This document shows positions 35,120-44,050 of a stretch of DNA of 64,000 bases, piece after piece. Position numbers and translations under genes: made by a program. Below the pieces are notes generated by a model. That model did not search any database and had not been told where the DNA came from. It was given only the letters and a program-made list of their open reading frames with translations. The stretch is from Pyrinomonadaceae bacterium (lineage in GTDB: Bacteria; Acidobacteriota; Blastocatellia; Pyrinomonadales; Pyrinomonadaceae). The stretch is taken from positions 20,841 to 84,840 of the forward strand of contig JBFWPK010000014.1 in assembly GCA_050250045.1 (NCBI GenBank), given 5' to 3'. Numbering within the stretch: the first letter of the stretch is position 1; every line of letters starts with the position of its first letter.

Positions 35120-35641
35120 TTAGCTAACAACAGGTGGCGGCTCCATGACTGAGCCGCATTGTTTGCAGGTGCGAAGTTCTGGAGAGCCGTAGAATGTTTT
35201 GAAAACTCCCTGGAACTGCGTAGTGATGTCGGTTAGTTGGAAGTATTCTTCGTACAGTTTTTCATTGCAGTTCTCGCAGAACCACAAAAGGCCGTCGAGT
35301 TCGCCGGGGCGACGTTTGCGTTCGATGACGAGGCCGACGGTATTTGCTCCGCGGATCGGGTTGTGCGGGACGCGGGGCGGCAGCAGGAACATTTCGCCTT
35401 CGCGGATCGGCACTTCGACGGCTTTTCCGTTCTCTTGGATGAGAACCTTTATGTCGCCTTCGAGCTGGTAGAAAAGCTCTTCACCCTCGTCCCAGTGATA
35501 ATCTTTCCGCGAATTCGGCCCGCCTACGACCATTACGATAAAATCGTCATCATCATAAACGCACTGATTCCCAACCGGCGGTATGAGCAGGTGCCGATGC
35601 TCGTCGATCCATTGCTTGAAGTTGAAGGGACGTCGAATCAT
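35120..35641 (-). CDS. 3-hydroxyanthranilate 3,4-dioxygenase
   Basis: 173 aa cupin. DYHWDEGEELFYQLEGD and PPRVPHNP. C-terminal CxxC...CxxC rubredoxin-like site. Confidence 0.9.
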   Translation of the reverse strand: MIRRPFNFKQWIDEHRHLLIPPVGNQCVYDDDDFIVMVVGGPNSRKDYHWDEGEELFYQLEGDIKVLIQENGKAVEVPIREGEMFLLPPRVPHNPIRGANTVGLVIERKRRPGELDGLLWFCENCNEKLYEEYFQLTDITTQFQGVFKTFYGSPELRTCKQCGSVMEPPPVVS

Positions 35642-36258
35642 TTTAGACCGATTGCTGAGATAGTGCAGTTTTGTCCTTTTTCTTTGAATTCCTTGGTGAT
35701 CGAGTTAAGTAAAGTAGCTACTGCGTTACAGCCAACAGCAGTATCACTCACGCCTTCACCCTTTTCGAAGAGGGCCTTGTTCAACCATGGCGCTTCACCG
35801 ATATTCGATGCGTATCCGATGTGAATTTTCTTATCTTTCACGGAAAAGGTGAAGTACTTCAGTTCGAGAAGGTACCTATCCCAATAACCGAATGATGCCA
35901 CAAAGGTTCTTTCATATTTAGTGTTAATATCCATAACCAAAGGGTTCTTGACCAACTTCCATTGGAATTCATCGCTAGAAACACCGGAAAAGTGTTTCTC
36001 AATGGCTTTCTTAATCGGTGTATCCACGAACCCCCCTGATGGAACGGCAACGAACACGAAAAGCGGATCGTCACTCTCCTTTAGGCGAAACAACCGGATT
36101 TCCGCATCTACGTCTGGGAGCTTCACAAAGCCTTGCGGACATGAAAAAGCCGTCGTCCCAATACGGCAGGAACTGGTTTTCTGACCAAGAATGGGCAATA
36201 AAAATACCGCGATCAGCAATGCCGGACCTAAGCTACTTACGATTCTATTCGTTCTCAT
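35638..36258 (-). CDS. hypothetical secreted protein
   Basis: 206 aa. Signal peptide (LGPALLIAVFLLPILGQ). No family recognised. Confidence 0.5.
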   Translation of the reverse strand: MRTNRIVSSLGPALLIAVFLLPILGQKTSSCRIGTTAFSCPQGFVKLPDVDAEIRLFRLKESDDPLFVFVAVPSGGFVDTPIKKAIEKHFSGVSSDEFQWKLVKNPLVMDINTKYERTFVASFGYWDRYLLELKYFTFSVKDKKIHIGYASNIGEAPWLNKALFEKGEGVSDTAVGCNAVATLLNSITKEFKEKGQNCTISAIGLK

Positions 36259-36621
36259 TTAAACAAGACCAACACTGATCTTCAGTGCTATATCACACCG
36301 CTTCAGGGTAAATGCATTCACGCGTCCGAGTTTCTTCACAAGACGGCCTTTATCAATGGTTCTAATTTGGTCAAATACAACAACCGAATCCTGTTTAAGC
36401 CCGGCTTCTCCTTGTTCGATCAACACTTCAGTCGGGTATAGTTTGTCATCGAATTTCGAAGTGACGGCGGCAACGATCGTTACCGGGCTAAAACGATTCG
36501 CAGTATCATTTTGAATAATGACGGCCGGGCGCGTTTTCTTTATCTCAGATCCGACGGCCGGGTCAAACTCGACCAGATAGATCTCGCCACGCAAGACAAT
36601 TTTTACAGGTACTTTTGCCAC
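36259..36621 (-). CDS. MazF/PemK-family toxin endoribonuclease
   Basis: 120 aa. GEIYLVEFDPAVGSEIKKTRPAVIIQND...VTIVAAVTS. Confidence 0.85.
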   Translation of the reverse strand: MAKVPVKIVLRGEIYLVEFDPAVGSEIKKTRPAVIIQNDTANRFSPVTIVAAVTSKFDDKLYPTEVLIEQGEAGLKQDSVVVFDQIRTIDKGRLVKKLGRVNAFTLKRCDIALKISVGLV

Positions 36622-36857
36622 ACTTCATCCTCAAGCTGTGACCATTCACTGGCCATTTTAAGGTTTCGTTCGGCACGGGCGATGGCACCTTCCTTTAACT
36701 GCTCGTTCAAGGTCTTCTGCTTCAGATTCTTGACATAGAGTCTGACCGCGTCGTTGATCAGTCTGCTGCGACTACCCTTATCTACCACACTTTCAAGCAA
36801 GGCGACGGTTGATTCAGGCAGTGTAATGTTAATCCTTTTATGTACGGCTTTACTCAT
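36603..36857 (-). CDS. ribbon-helix-helix (CopG-like) antitoxin
   Basis: 84 aa. KRINITLPESTVALLE. Overlaps the toxin start. Confidence 0.7.
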   Translation of the reverse strand: MSKAVHKRINITLPESTVALLESVVDKGSRSRLINDAVRLYVKNLKQKTLNEQLKEGAIARAERNLKMASEWSQLEDEVWQKYL

Positions 36858-36939
36858 AGCTCAATCATACACATCAATTATACACATCGTCAATGTGCCT
36901 GGAGTTCCGACAGCTTTTCCACCGAAAGTTCATAAGTCA

Positions 36940-37278
36940 CTATACGTCGAGGAGTATTCTGAGAATGTCTTCAATATGACCCATTGTAACTGACTCAATA
37001 TACCCCAAGGGTTTTGTGAGACGCTCCTTGCTTATCGACCGCATCGCCTCGCACATTGCGTAACTTGGCAGTGTTAAACCGCCTTCTGGAGGCAATATCT
37101 CGACGTGCGAGCGAATATTCTTTTTCTTCGAGGTGATCGGAATAGCGAAGATCAGTTGCGCCGCGCTTTGATTGAATAGGTCACTCGAAACAATAAGGAT
37201 CGGCCGCGTTCCGGCTTGTTCGCGGCCAACCGTCGGACTCAAGTTGGCCAACCAAACCTCACCGCGCCTGATTTTCAT
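36940..37278 (-). CDS. MazF/PemK-family toxin endoribonuclease
   Basis: 112 aa. RGEVWLANLSPTVGREQAGTRPILIVSSD...AIPITS. Confidence 0.85.
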   Translation of the reverse strand: MKIRRGEVWLANLSPTVGREQAGTRPILIVSSDLFNQSAAQLIFAIPITSKKKNIRSHVEILPPEGGLTLPSYAMCEAMRSISKERLTKPLGYIESVTMGHIEDILRILLDV

Positions 37279-37513
37279 CGTCTAGCCCATCCGCAACAGT
37301 CGATTCCCACTCGGATCTTTCCTCTTGATAAGAATTCCATTCCTTTCTGTCTCTCTGCAAAGCCTGAAAATCCTCATTGAGACCGCGCAAAAAGGAGCTT
37401 CGACGGTACTCTTCGACGGCCCTGTCGATGATCTCCTGCATTGGCTTGCCCGCCTCACTAGCGAGCGTCCTCAGAAGTTCATGGGTGTTTGGGCTTACTC
37501 TTACTTGTGACAT
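37259..37513 (-). CDS. antitoxin partner of the second MazF
   Basis: 84 aa. Overlaps the toxin start by 20 nt. Acidic C-terminus. Confidence 0.6.
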   Translation of the reverse strand: MSQVRVSPNTHELLRTLASEAGKPMQEIIDRAVEEYRRSSFLRGLNEDFQALQRDRKEWNSYQEERSEWESTVADGLDDENQAR

Positions 37514-37561
37514 ACGTTCAGGTTACACAAATGTCAACTGTTGTGTCAACAAGGTCGTCGG

Positions 37562-38110
37562 CTATAGATCTGCAAGCTTTTCTACCGTGCGCCAGTTACG
37601 GGCGGTGATCGCGATCTTTAACTTTCTTTCGAAGATGCCGCGGCCGAGGTAGCTGTCGGCGACGCCCATCGGCAGGTGGCAATAGATCTCGCGGCCGCGG
37701 ACGGCGAACCGTTCGGGAGGCGGGACATTTTCGGCAAGAAATGCCTTGGCTTCTTCGGTCACGTTGTCATTTAGAAAAAGCACGTGCATTTCTTTGTGAC
37801 TCTCGAATTGGCCGTCAAAGGGATTGTTGAGCAGTATTCGCTTTATCTCGGCCTGTTCGCGGACCATCACACTGATCGGTTTGCCGGCGAGTTTCTCCAA
37901 GACAGGTGCGATCTTGTCGATGAATTCTTTCTCCGTAGCCGAGCCCTTACTCACGTGCGGGCTACTGACATCAAACGCCACGTTGCCGCTGTTGATATAT
38001 GTGACGACGTTCTCAAATCCGAGCGCTTCGAGCGCCGCCTTGAGTTCCGTCATCTTTATCATGTTGCTGCCGGAGACATTGATGCCTCGCGGCAGTGCCA
38101 GGTAACGCAT
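37562..38110 (-). CDS. DUF1697-domain protein
   Basis: MRYLALPRGINVSGSNMIKMTELKAALEALGFENVVTYINSGNVAF, the typical DUF1697 N-terminus. ATG at 38110. Confidence 0.8.
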   Translation of the reverse strand: MRYLALPRGINVSGSNMIKMTELKAALEALGFENVVTYINSGNVAFDVSSPHVSKGSATEKEFIDKIAPVLEKLAGKPISVMVREQAEIKRILLNNPFDGQFESHKEMHVLFLNDNVTEEAKAFLAENVPPPERFAVRGREIYCHLPMGVADSYLGRGIFERKLKIAITARNWRTVEKLADL

Positions 38111-38161
38111 AAGAAATGATTGCCCACGAAACACACGAAAAACACGAAAAGAAGAAAGGCT

Positions 38162-38538
38162 TTAAACTACGATCCTTTCATACTCGACCTTTGGATGGTG
38201 TCCAAAATTCACCAGCAAACAGAGGCGAAATTTAGTCGCGTGAAGATAGTTTAACGCCTGCTCTCGATGTTCGTCGACAAGTCTGGACAGAGCTTTTAAT
38301 TCGAGAACAATGAGCCGAAACAAACGAAATCGGGCTTGAAATACTGCTGAAGTTTCGTGCCTTTATATTCCAAATCCAAAATTGCTTGAGCAACGAATGG
38401 GATTCCTTGCCTTTGAAATTCCAGTTGGAGACATTCCTGATAAACAGGCTCAGTAAATCCGCAGCCTTTCTCCTTATAGGCGTCAAAACAGGCTCCCATT
38501 ATCTTGTACGATTCTTCCCTAAGGATGATCTCAGGCAT
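38162..38538 (-). pseudogene. GxxExxY-family (PD-(D/E)XK-like) gene with a frameshift
   Basis: N-part in one frame (..GCGFTEPVYQECL...KPDFVCFG). The canonical C-part LIVLELKALSRLVDEHREQALNYLHATKFRLCLLVNFGHHPKVEYERIVV is in another frame. The shift is near 38300. Confidence 0.7.
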
Positions 38539-38608
38539 ATCAATCGACTTTCGTGCTTTTCGCGTGTTTCGTGGGCAACCGATCTTGCCGAGCGAACTGG
38601 CCCGCCGC

Positions 38609-39667
38609 TCACGCAGCGGGTTCTGACATATCGATCACGAACCGATATCGCACATCAGACCTGATCGTCCGGTCGTAGGCTTCTTCGATGCGGCTTGGGT
38701 CAATAACTTCGACATCGGATGTGATGTTATGTTCGGCGCAGAAATCGAGCATTTCCTGGGTTTCGGGAATGCCGCCGATCAGCGAGCCCGAAAGCGTTTT
38801 ATTTCCGAATATCAGCGAAAGATTGTGGACGGCGTTTGGGCTCGGCGGCACGCCTACAACGACCATCGCGCCGTTTAGGCCGAGGAGGTTGATGTACGGA
38901 TTGACATCATGATCGGCTGAAACCGTGTCGAGGATCATATTGAAAGTTCCGGCAAGCGGCGCAAGATTGGCCGGATCGCTAGTGACGACAAAATGGTCGG
39001 CCCCAAGTGCCTTCGCGTCGGCTTCTTTTGACGGTGATGTGCTGAAGATCGTCACCTCGGCTCCCATAGCTTTTGCGATCTTTACGCCCATGTGCCCAAG
39101 GCCGCCGAGGCCGACGATGCCGACCTTCTGTCCCGGCCCGACTTTGAATCGTTTCAACGGCGAATATGTCGTAATGCCCGCACACATCAGCGGAGCAATG
39201 CCCGAAAGGTCACCTTCGGCCTTGACCTTTAGGGCATAATTCTCATCTATCACGTAATTATTCGAATACCCGCCATACGTTTTCGTCACGCGGTCCATCT
39301 CAGTGCCGTTGTAGGTATATGCGGCCTGTTTAGCGCAAAACTGTTCCTGGCCACCCTTGCAGCTCGGGCACTCGCGGCACGAATCGATAAAACATCCGAT
39401 GCCGGCAATGTCGCCAACCTCAAATTTTGTGACCTCGCTGCCAACCTGCGTGACCTTCCCGACAATTTCATGTCCCGGAACGAGCGGATAATTTGTCGGC
39501 ATCGAATCTTTCCATTCGTTTCTTGCCTGATGAATGTCGGAATGACATATCCCTGCGTACTCAATATCGATCAATATATCGTGCGGCCCGACCGCTCGGC
39601 GTTGAAAATCAAATGGCACAAAGTCACTTCCTGCTTCGTGGACCGCATAACCTTTAGTTTCTATCAT
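38609..39667 (-). CDS. zinc-dependent NAD(P) alcohol dehydrogenase (cinnamyl-ADH/YahK-like)
   Basis: 352 aa. GICHSDIH, the structural-zinc CxxCxxCxxxxxxxC block, and GLGGLGH. Confidence 0.9.
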   Translation of the reverse strand: MIETKGYAVHEAGSDFVPFDFQRRAVGPHDILIDIEYAGICHSDIHQARNEWKDSMPTNYPLVPGHEIVGKVTQVGSEVTKFEVGDIAGIGCFIDSCRECPSCKGGQEQFCAKQAAYTYNGTEMDRVTKTYGGYSNNYVIDENYALKVKAEGDLSGIAPLMCAGITTYSPLKRFKVGPGQKVGIVGLGGLGHMGVKIAKAMGAEVTIFSTSPSKEADAKALGADHFVVTSDPANLAPLAGTFNMILDTVSADHDVNPYINLLGLNGAMVVVGVPPSPNAVHNLSLIFGNKTLSGSLIGGIPETQEMLDFCAEHNITSDVEVIDPSRIEEAYDRTIRSDVRYRFVIDMSEPAA

Positions 39668-39684
39668 AGTGGTTGTTTTTTTCC

Positions 39685-40149
39685 TTAGAGTTTGAATTCC
39701 ATCAGCGGCAGCACGCGAGGTGGTCCGTCAATTTCCGATCTGCGTTCGCCAATCCGGATCGCTCCCATCGCAGCGTAAAATCCTTCGGCATTCGGATCAG
39801 ATTCTATACGCAGGGCAGACGCCTTTGCTTCTCTTGCCGCGGCGATCGCATGTTCGAAAAGGAGACGGCCGAAGCCTTGACCAATAAACGGCGGGTCGAG
39901 CCACAAATGTTCGACCCAAAGTACGCCTGCATTGCTGCGAAGCATATAAAACCCGACGATCTCGCTCCCGATTGAAAGCTTAACGACTGTTTCGTTCGCA
40001 ATGTCACTTTTACTAAGTGTAAGCTGCGGCCGCCATTTCTCAAGCCACTCAGTCGGATATCGCCAATACGCTTTGGCTGAAAAGGCTATTTTAGACAAAC
40101 GCGCCGCATCGGCCGCCTTCGCCGGGCCAAAACTCAAATTGTCGTTCAT
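39685..40149 (-). CDS. GNAT-family N-acetyltransferase
   Basis: MNDNLSF start at 40149. WLDPPFIGQGFGRLLFEHAI (acetyl-CoA motif A). Confidence 0.8.
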   Translation of the reverse strand: MNDNLSFGPAKAADAARLSKIAFSAKAYWRYPTEWLEKWRPQLTLSKSDIANETVVKLSIGSEIVGFYMLRSNAGVLWVEHLWLDPPFIGQGFGRLLFEHAIAAAREAKASALRIESDPNAEGFYAAMGAIRIGERRSEIDGPPRVLPLMEFKL

Positions 40150-40151
40150 CG

Positions 40152-40595
40152 TTAGATGGTCGCGATCACTTTTAACTCGATTGCGATCGGTGTCGGCAGA
40201 GCGCCGACCTCGACCGTCGTCCGGCATGGCCGGTTGTCGGTGAAGTACTCGGCGTAGATTTTATTGTACGCCGCAAAATCCCTCTTCATATTTGTCAAGA
40301 AAACTGTTACGTCAACGATGTTTTCCCAGGCTGAGCCTGCGTCTTCGAGAATGTATCGGACGTTCTGAAACACCGAGCGACATTGGGTCTCAATGTCGTA
40401 AGAGACAATGGCCCCGCTCGCATCCAATTCGACGCCGGGAATCGCGCCCGCGCCCCGTTTGCGGGGACCGACCCCGGACAAAAAAAGGAGGTTGCCCGCG
40501 CGCAAAGCGTGCGGATACGGCCCGACCGGTTCGGGGGCCCGGTACGAATCAAACGCGTCAGCCATCATGCGATATTTTATCGCAAGAACGGACAA
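40152..40595 (-). CDS. RidA/YjgF-family deaminase (candidate 2-aminomuconate deaminase)
   Basis: APEPVGPYPHALRAGNLLFLSG...RTTVEVGALP. The true start may be the MMADAF methionines at about 40568. Confidence 0.85.
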   Translation of the reverse strand: MSVLAIKYRMMADAFDSYRAPEPVGPYPHALRAGNLLFLSGVGPRKRGAGAIPGVELDASGAIVSYDIETQCRSVFQNVRYILEDAGSAWENIVDVTVFLTNMKRDFAAYNKIYAEYFTDNRPCRTTVEVGALPTPIAIELKVIATI

Positions 40596-40705
40596 TTCAC
40601 AGAATCAAGGGCGCGAAAAGAGGAAAGAAATCCCCGCGGATCATGTGTTCACTAGCTCCGAAGGCTTGGCGCGACGGAGCGGCCGTCGCCCCAAGCCGAC
40701 AAAGT

Positions 40706-41572
40706 TCAGACTCTTGTGCAGCACGGACTCGCTTTTATCTGAGCCACCTGCCGGTCGGTGAGAACCGGCGTGGTGGAGAAGTGAAGCACGTCGGCCATCA
40801 TCAAATTTCGGTTCGAAGCCACGTGCGTCGGGTTGAAGCTTGACGTGAGCAGAACATGGCCAACCTCGTGGGCTGTTGCCCAGCGGGTCACGTTCGCCGC
40901 TACCGTACACGCCGGCCGCCCAACCATATGACCGCCGCACCCGCCGGCATCCGAAAGTGCTCTAACGTAAAACACGCCGATATCCACCTGGGGAATGGCC
41001 GGTCCCATCTGGTGCAGCCTAGCGTATTCACCGTCAGTTATAGTCCAGGTGCATGCGTCGTCGACAACCGCAAAGTCCGCCTCTTCCTGCGCCGTAAGCA
41101 TCAAAGACATGCCGGAGGCAAATTCGATCTTGATGCCGTATTGTCCGTAGACGATCTCCGCGTCCGAAAGACCACGCTCGAAGGGGACATTGTTTTCGGC
41201 AAGGCTCCGGAAATGGAGCCGCACGCGGTGGGTATAATTTCTGCAGAGCCGGTCGAGGACCTGGATGGTAGCACGGTCGATCGCCCCGGTCGGTGGAATA
41301 CGGTTGGCATTCTGGAATGCGATCAGCTTGTCACGGGTCTCGTTACCGAAAACGCCGTCCGGGCTGTATCTGGGGTTGGTCGTTGACCGCGGCATCGGGT
41401 AACCCAGATCGATCAAGGCCATCTGGACCAGATGAACGTGACGTCCGCTAGCGCCCGCTCTTATCGTGAGCCCTGCCTCGGCCTGCACCAGCTTTCGGCT
41501 GCTCCGGAATCTCGGGGATTGTAAAGCCATTTTTTCTTCCTCCTGTGTTTTCAAGTACTTACGCAGCCGCAA
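40706..41572 (-). CDS. peptidoglycan-binding-domain protein with HExxH metalloprotease-like C-terminus
   Basis: PG_binding_1-like region (VHLVQMALIDLGY...DGVFGNETRDKLIAFQ). HEVGH motif near the C-terminus. Confidence 0.65.
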   Translation of the reverse strand: MRLRKYLKTQEEEKMALQSPRFRSSRKLVQAEAGLTIRAGASGRHVHLVQMALIDLGYPMPRSTTNPRYSPDGVFGNETRDKLIAFQNANRIPPTGAIDRATIQVLDRLCRNYTHRVRLHFRSLAENNVPFERGLSDAEIVYGQYGIKIEFASGMSLMLTAQEEADFAVVDDACTWTITDGEYARLHQMGPAIPQVDIGVFYVRALSDAGGCGGHMVGRPACTVAANVTRWATAHEVGHVLLTSSFNPTHVASNRNLMMADVLHFSTTPVLTDRQVAQIKASPCCTRV

Positions 41573-41706
41573 GGCTACGACGATCCCCTACAAGCGGAGC
41601 AGGACCATATGATTCGAACGCACATTTCGCGTCATTTTGCGTAACAAGCCCCGCGCAGAGTCCTACGCGGGGCCCGTTGATCGATAAGGTTAATTGGATT
41701 GAAGAT

Positions 41707-43023
41707 CTACCTACCCTTCTCGGCCCATATTTGCACAAGGTTCACGAGGGTTGCGGTCGATCCTTCAAGGCCTTTTCGCGAATTGAATTCGAGCTTTCCG
41801 TGAAAATTGTGGCCGCCGGTGAACAGGTTTGGCGTAGGAAGGCCGCGTGCCGTCAACCGCGAGCCGTCCGTGCCGCCGCGGATGGGCCGCAACTCGGCCT
41901 TGATGCCGGCTCGTTTCGCGGCCTCGATGGCGTAGTCGGTAAGCTGCGGATAATCTTTGAGCACCTCTTTCATATTCAGGTAGCCAAGTTCACTTTTATA
42001 TTCGGCCTTGACCTGCGGGTACTTTTTCATCGTTTCGGCCATGAGGTCCTTGACCTTTTGCTCAAGGACAGTAAAACCTTCGATATCAAAATCACGAAGC
42101 AGTATCTTTATTTCAGAAGTTTCGATATCGAGTTTTGCGGTGTATGGGTGGATATAACTCTCACGACCCGCGGTCGTTTCCGGGCGATTAGGTACCTCTG
42201 CCGGAAACCGCGCGAGAAAATCGCCCGCCGCGTACATTGAGTTGATCAATATGCCTTTTGCCGTTCCCGGATGGGTCGATAGGCCGCGGAATGTAACGGT
42301 CGCCGTGCGGGCGGAGAATGTTTCATTCGAAATATCCCCGAGATGCTCGCCGTCCACGGTATAGGCGTACTTCGCTCCCCAGCCCTTGATGTCGAAAAGG
42401 TCCATCGGCCCGCCGACCTCTTCGTCCGGCGTAAACGCGATCGCAACATTTCCATGCTTGATCGATGGGTTCTGCCTCAGAATGTCGATCATGGTCATGA
42501 TCTCCGCAAGGCCCGACTTGTCGTCCGAACCGAGTAGCGTCGTTCCGTCGGCGGTGATGATGTCGTCGCCGATCAGGTTTTTCAGATCGGGGTTCTGGGC
42601 GACCGTTATTACCTGTGTTCTATCATTCGGCAAAACAATATCGCCGCCCTGATAGTTCTTGTGAATTATCGGATTTACATTCGCACCCGAAACCGCCGGC
42701 GAGGTGTCCATGTGCGCGATAAACCCGATCGTCGGAACCTTTGAGTTGTCCGGCAAATTGCCGGGGACCATTCCGTAGACAATGCCCTCATTGCTGATGC
42801 GAACGTTCTGTACGCCGAGAGCTTTCAACTCATTCTCAAGCAGCCGGGCCAACACAAGCTGCTTCTCCGTACTCGGAAATTTCCCGGCATCCTCAGCCGA
42901 CTGCGTGTCGATCTTTACATAACGAAGAAAACGCGACATCGCCGTCTCGGATGGCGGCTTTTGCTGAGCCATGGACGTAACAACAAGAAAGAAGAGTGTA
43001 AGGAATGCGGTAAAAACTTTCAT
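41707..43023 (-). CDS. pepT: peptidase T (M20B tripeptide aminopeptidase) with signal peptide
   Basis: 438 aa. FLRYVKIDTQS, GFIAHMDT, GSDDKSG, and TPDEE motifs. Confidence 0.9.
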   Translation of the reverse strand: MKVFTAFLTLFFLVVTSMAQQKPPSETAMSRFLRYVKIDTQSAEDAGKFPSTEKQLVLARLLENELKALGVQNVRISNEGIVYGMVPGNLPDNSKVPTIGFIAHMDTSPAVSGANVNPIIHKNYQGGDIVLPNDRTQVITVAQNPDLKNLIGDDIITADGTTLLGSDDKSGLAEIMTMIDILRQNPSIKHGNVAIAFTPDEEVGGPMDLFDIKGWGAKYAYTVDGEHLGDISNETFSARTATVTFRGLSTHPGTAKGILINSMYAAGDFLARFPAEVPNRPETTAGRESYIHPYTAKLDIETSEIKILLRDFDIEGFTVLEQKVKDLMAETMKKYPQVKAEYKSELGYLNMKEVLKDYPQLTDYAIEAAKRAGIKAELRPIRGGTDGSRLTARGLPTPNLFTGGHNFHGKLEFNSRKGLEGSTATLVNLVQIWAEKGR

Positions 43024-43029
43024 ATGTTT

Positions 43030-43524
43030 CTAAGGTTCAAGCGGGAGTTCTCGATCAAGAATAATACGCAAAAATTCGTCTGGTCTGACAATCGTAAGAT
43101 GCCGCAATCGCTGTCGGAACTGCTTGCTTTCGACGTCAATTCCCGTCATTAGATCGAGCAAGTCGCGATCGGATGTGACGAGATATGCAGCTTCAATCGC
43201 AGCCGCGAGGTTCAGGTATGGTTCGTCATCCGAATCCCGCGGGAGAGTTGCAACCGATGGGACTTTCTTGACTAGCGTTGATTCGGAAATAATCTGTCTG
43301 ACAAAGTCTTTCGCATTCTCAGAAGAATAGTTCGGAAACCTCGCGAGCGTCTCTTCCCGCGTCAGAACATCGAGAAGTTCCTCGACAGTTTCCGTGCTGA
43401 CGAAATGTTCGACTAATTTGTCCTGTATCAGCCGCCGGCATTCACTTCCTAACCCGTTTCCAAAAAAGAACGCTCGCCAAAGTACGTTGCAATCATAGAC
43501 TACCCGAAATCTATGTTCCGCCAT
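43030..43524 (-). CDS. PIN-domain toxin (PIN_3/TIGR00305-like)
   Basis: 164 aa. VVYDCNVL...RDSDDEPYLNLAAAIEAAYLVTSDRDLL. Confidence 0.75.
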   Translation of the reverse strand: MAEHRFRVVYDCNVLWRAFFFGNGLGSECRRLIQDKLVEHFVSTETVEELLDVLTREETLARFPNYSSENAKDFVRQIISESTLVKKVPSVATLPRDSDDEPYLNLAAAIEAAYLVTSDRDLLDLMTGIDVESKQFRQRLRHLTIVRPDEFLRIILDRELPLEP

Positions 43525-43784
43525 TAATCTTCACGGCGAGCATCGCTACGCTCCTTACGTACCTGCCGAAGTACTCCGTTCATGAATGTATCCAACTCCT
43601 CCTCGGAAATCCCGCTCTCAGAAACGGTACGTCTCAAAGGCTCTAGCTGCTCGTCAAGCGAGCGTCGTCGAACATCGCGTTTGATCAGGGACTGAAGATA
43701 CACATCCAACTCGACACCCTCCAAAGAGGCGGCTTTTCGCAAGAGTTCTTCAGTTTGCGGGTCAAGGTCAACAGCTACAGTCAT
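43524..43784 (-). CDS. putative antitoxin of the PIN toxin
   Basis: 86 aa. Its stop overlaps the toxin start (ATGA-type junction). Confidence 0.5.
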   Translation of the reverse strand: MTVAVDLDPQTEELLRKAASLEGVELDVYLQSLIKRDVRRRSLDEQLEPLRRTVSESGISEEELDTFMNGVLRQVRKERSDARRED

Positions 43785-43804
43785 AATCGCGATTATAGCC
43801 TATA

Positions 43805-43935
43805 TTTTGGCACAAGCGTCCTTTCCTTCCATAAAATACCTCAAGTTCGCGTCCGGGGCCGTGTCCTTTATGCCTACGAAGATGGTTCGCATACACGAGG
43901 AGCCAGCAGTGTGCTCAGACGATGCCGGATTCGAA
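43805..43935 (-). pseudogene. relic of an aldehyde dehydrogenase 3-prime end
   Basis: About 80% nucleotide match to 44085-44215. Translates as AFESGIV*AHCWLL...GPGRE versus ALESGIIWINCWLL...GLGREGG in the intact gene. Confidence 0.55.
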
Positions 43936-44050
43936 AGCGCAAATGGAAACTGACAAACAGAGCAGGTTCATCAACGCTATTATTGTCTTCATATTTCACA
44001 AGTCGCCCGGTCGCATTCTTTTGGACCGGCTTTATCGGATTCAAATATCG

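Noticed and set aside
40891-40925. GCCGCTACCGTACACGCCGG inside the metalloprotease gene as a possible family A/B copy
   Set aside because: Only the CTACCG core matches and the arms are absent. The encoded residues are part of the conserved region before HEVGH, so this is judged a chance match.
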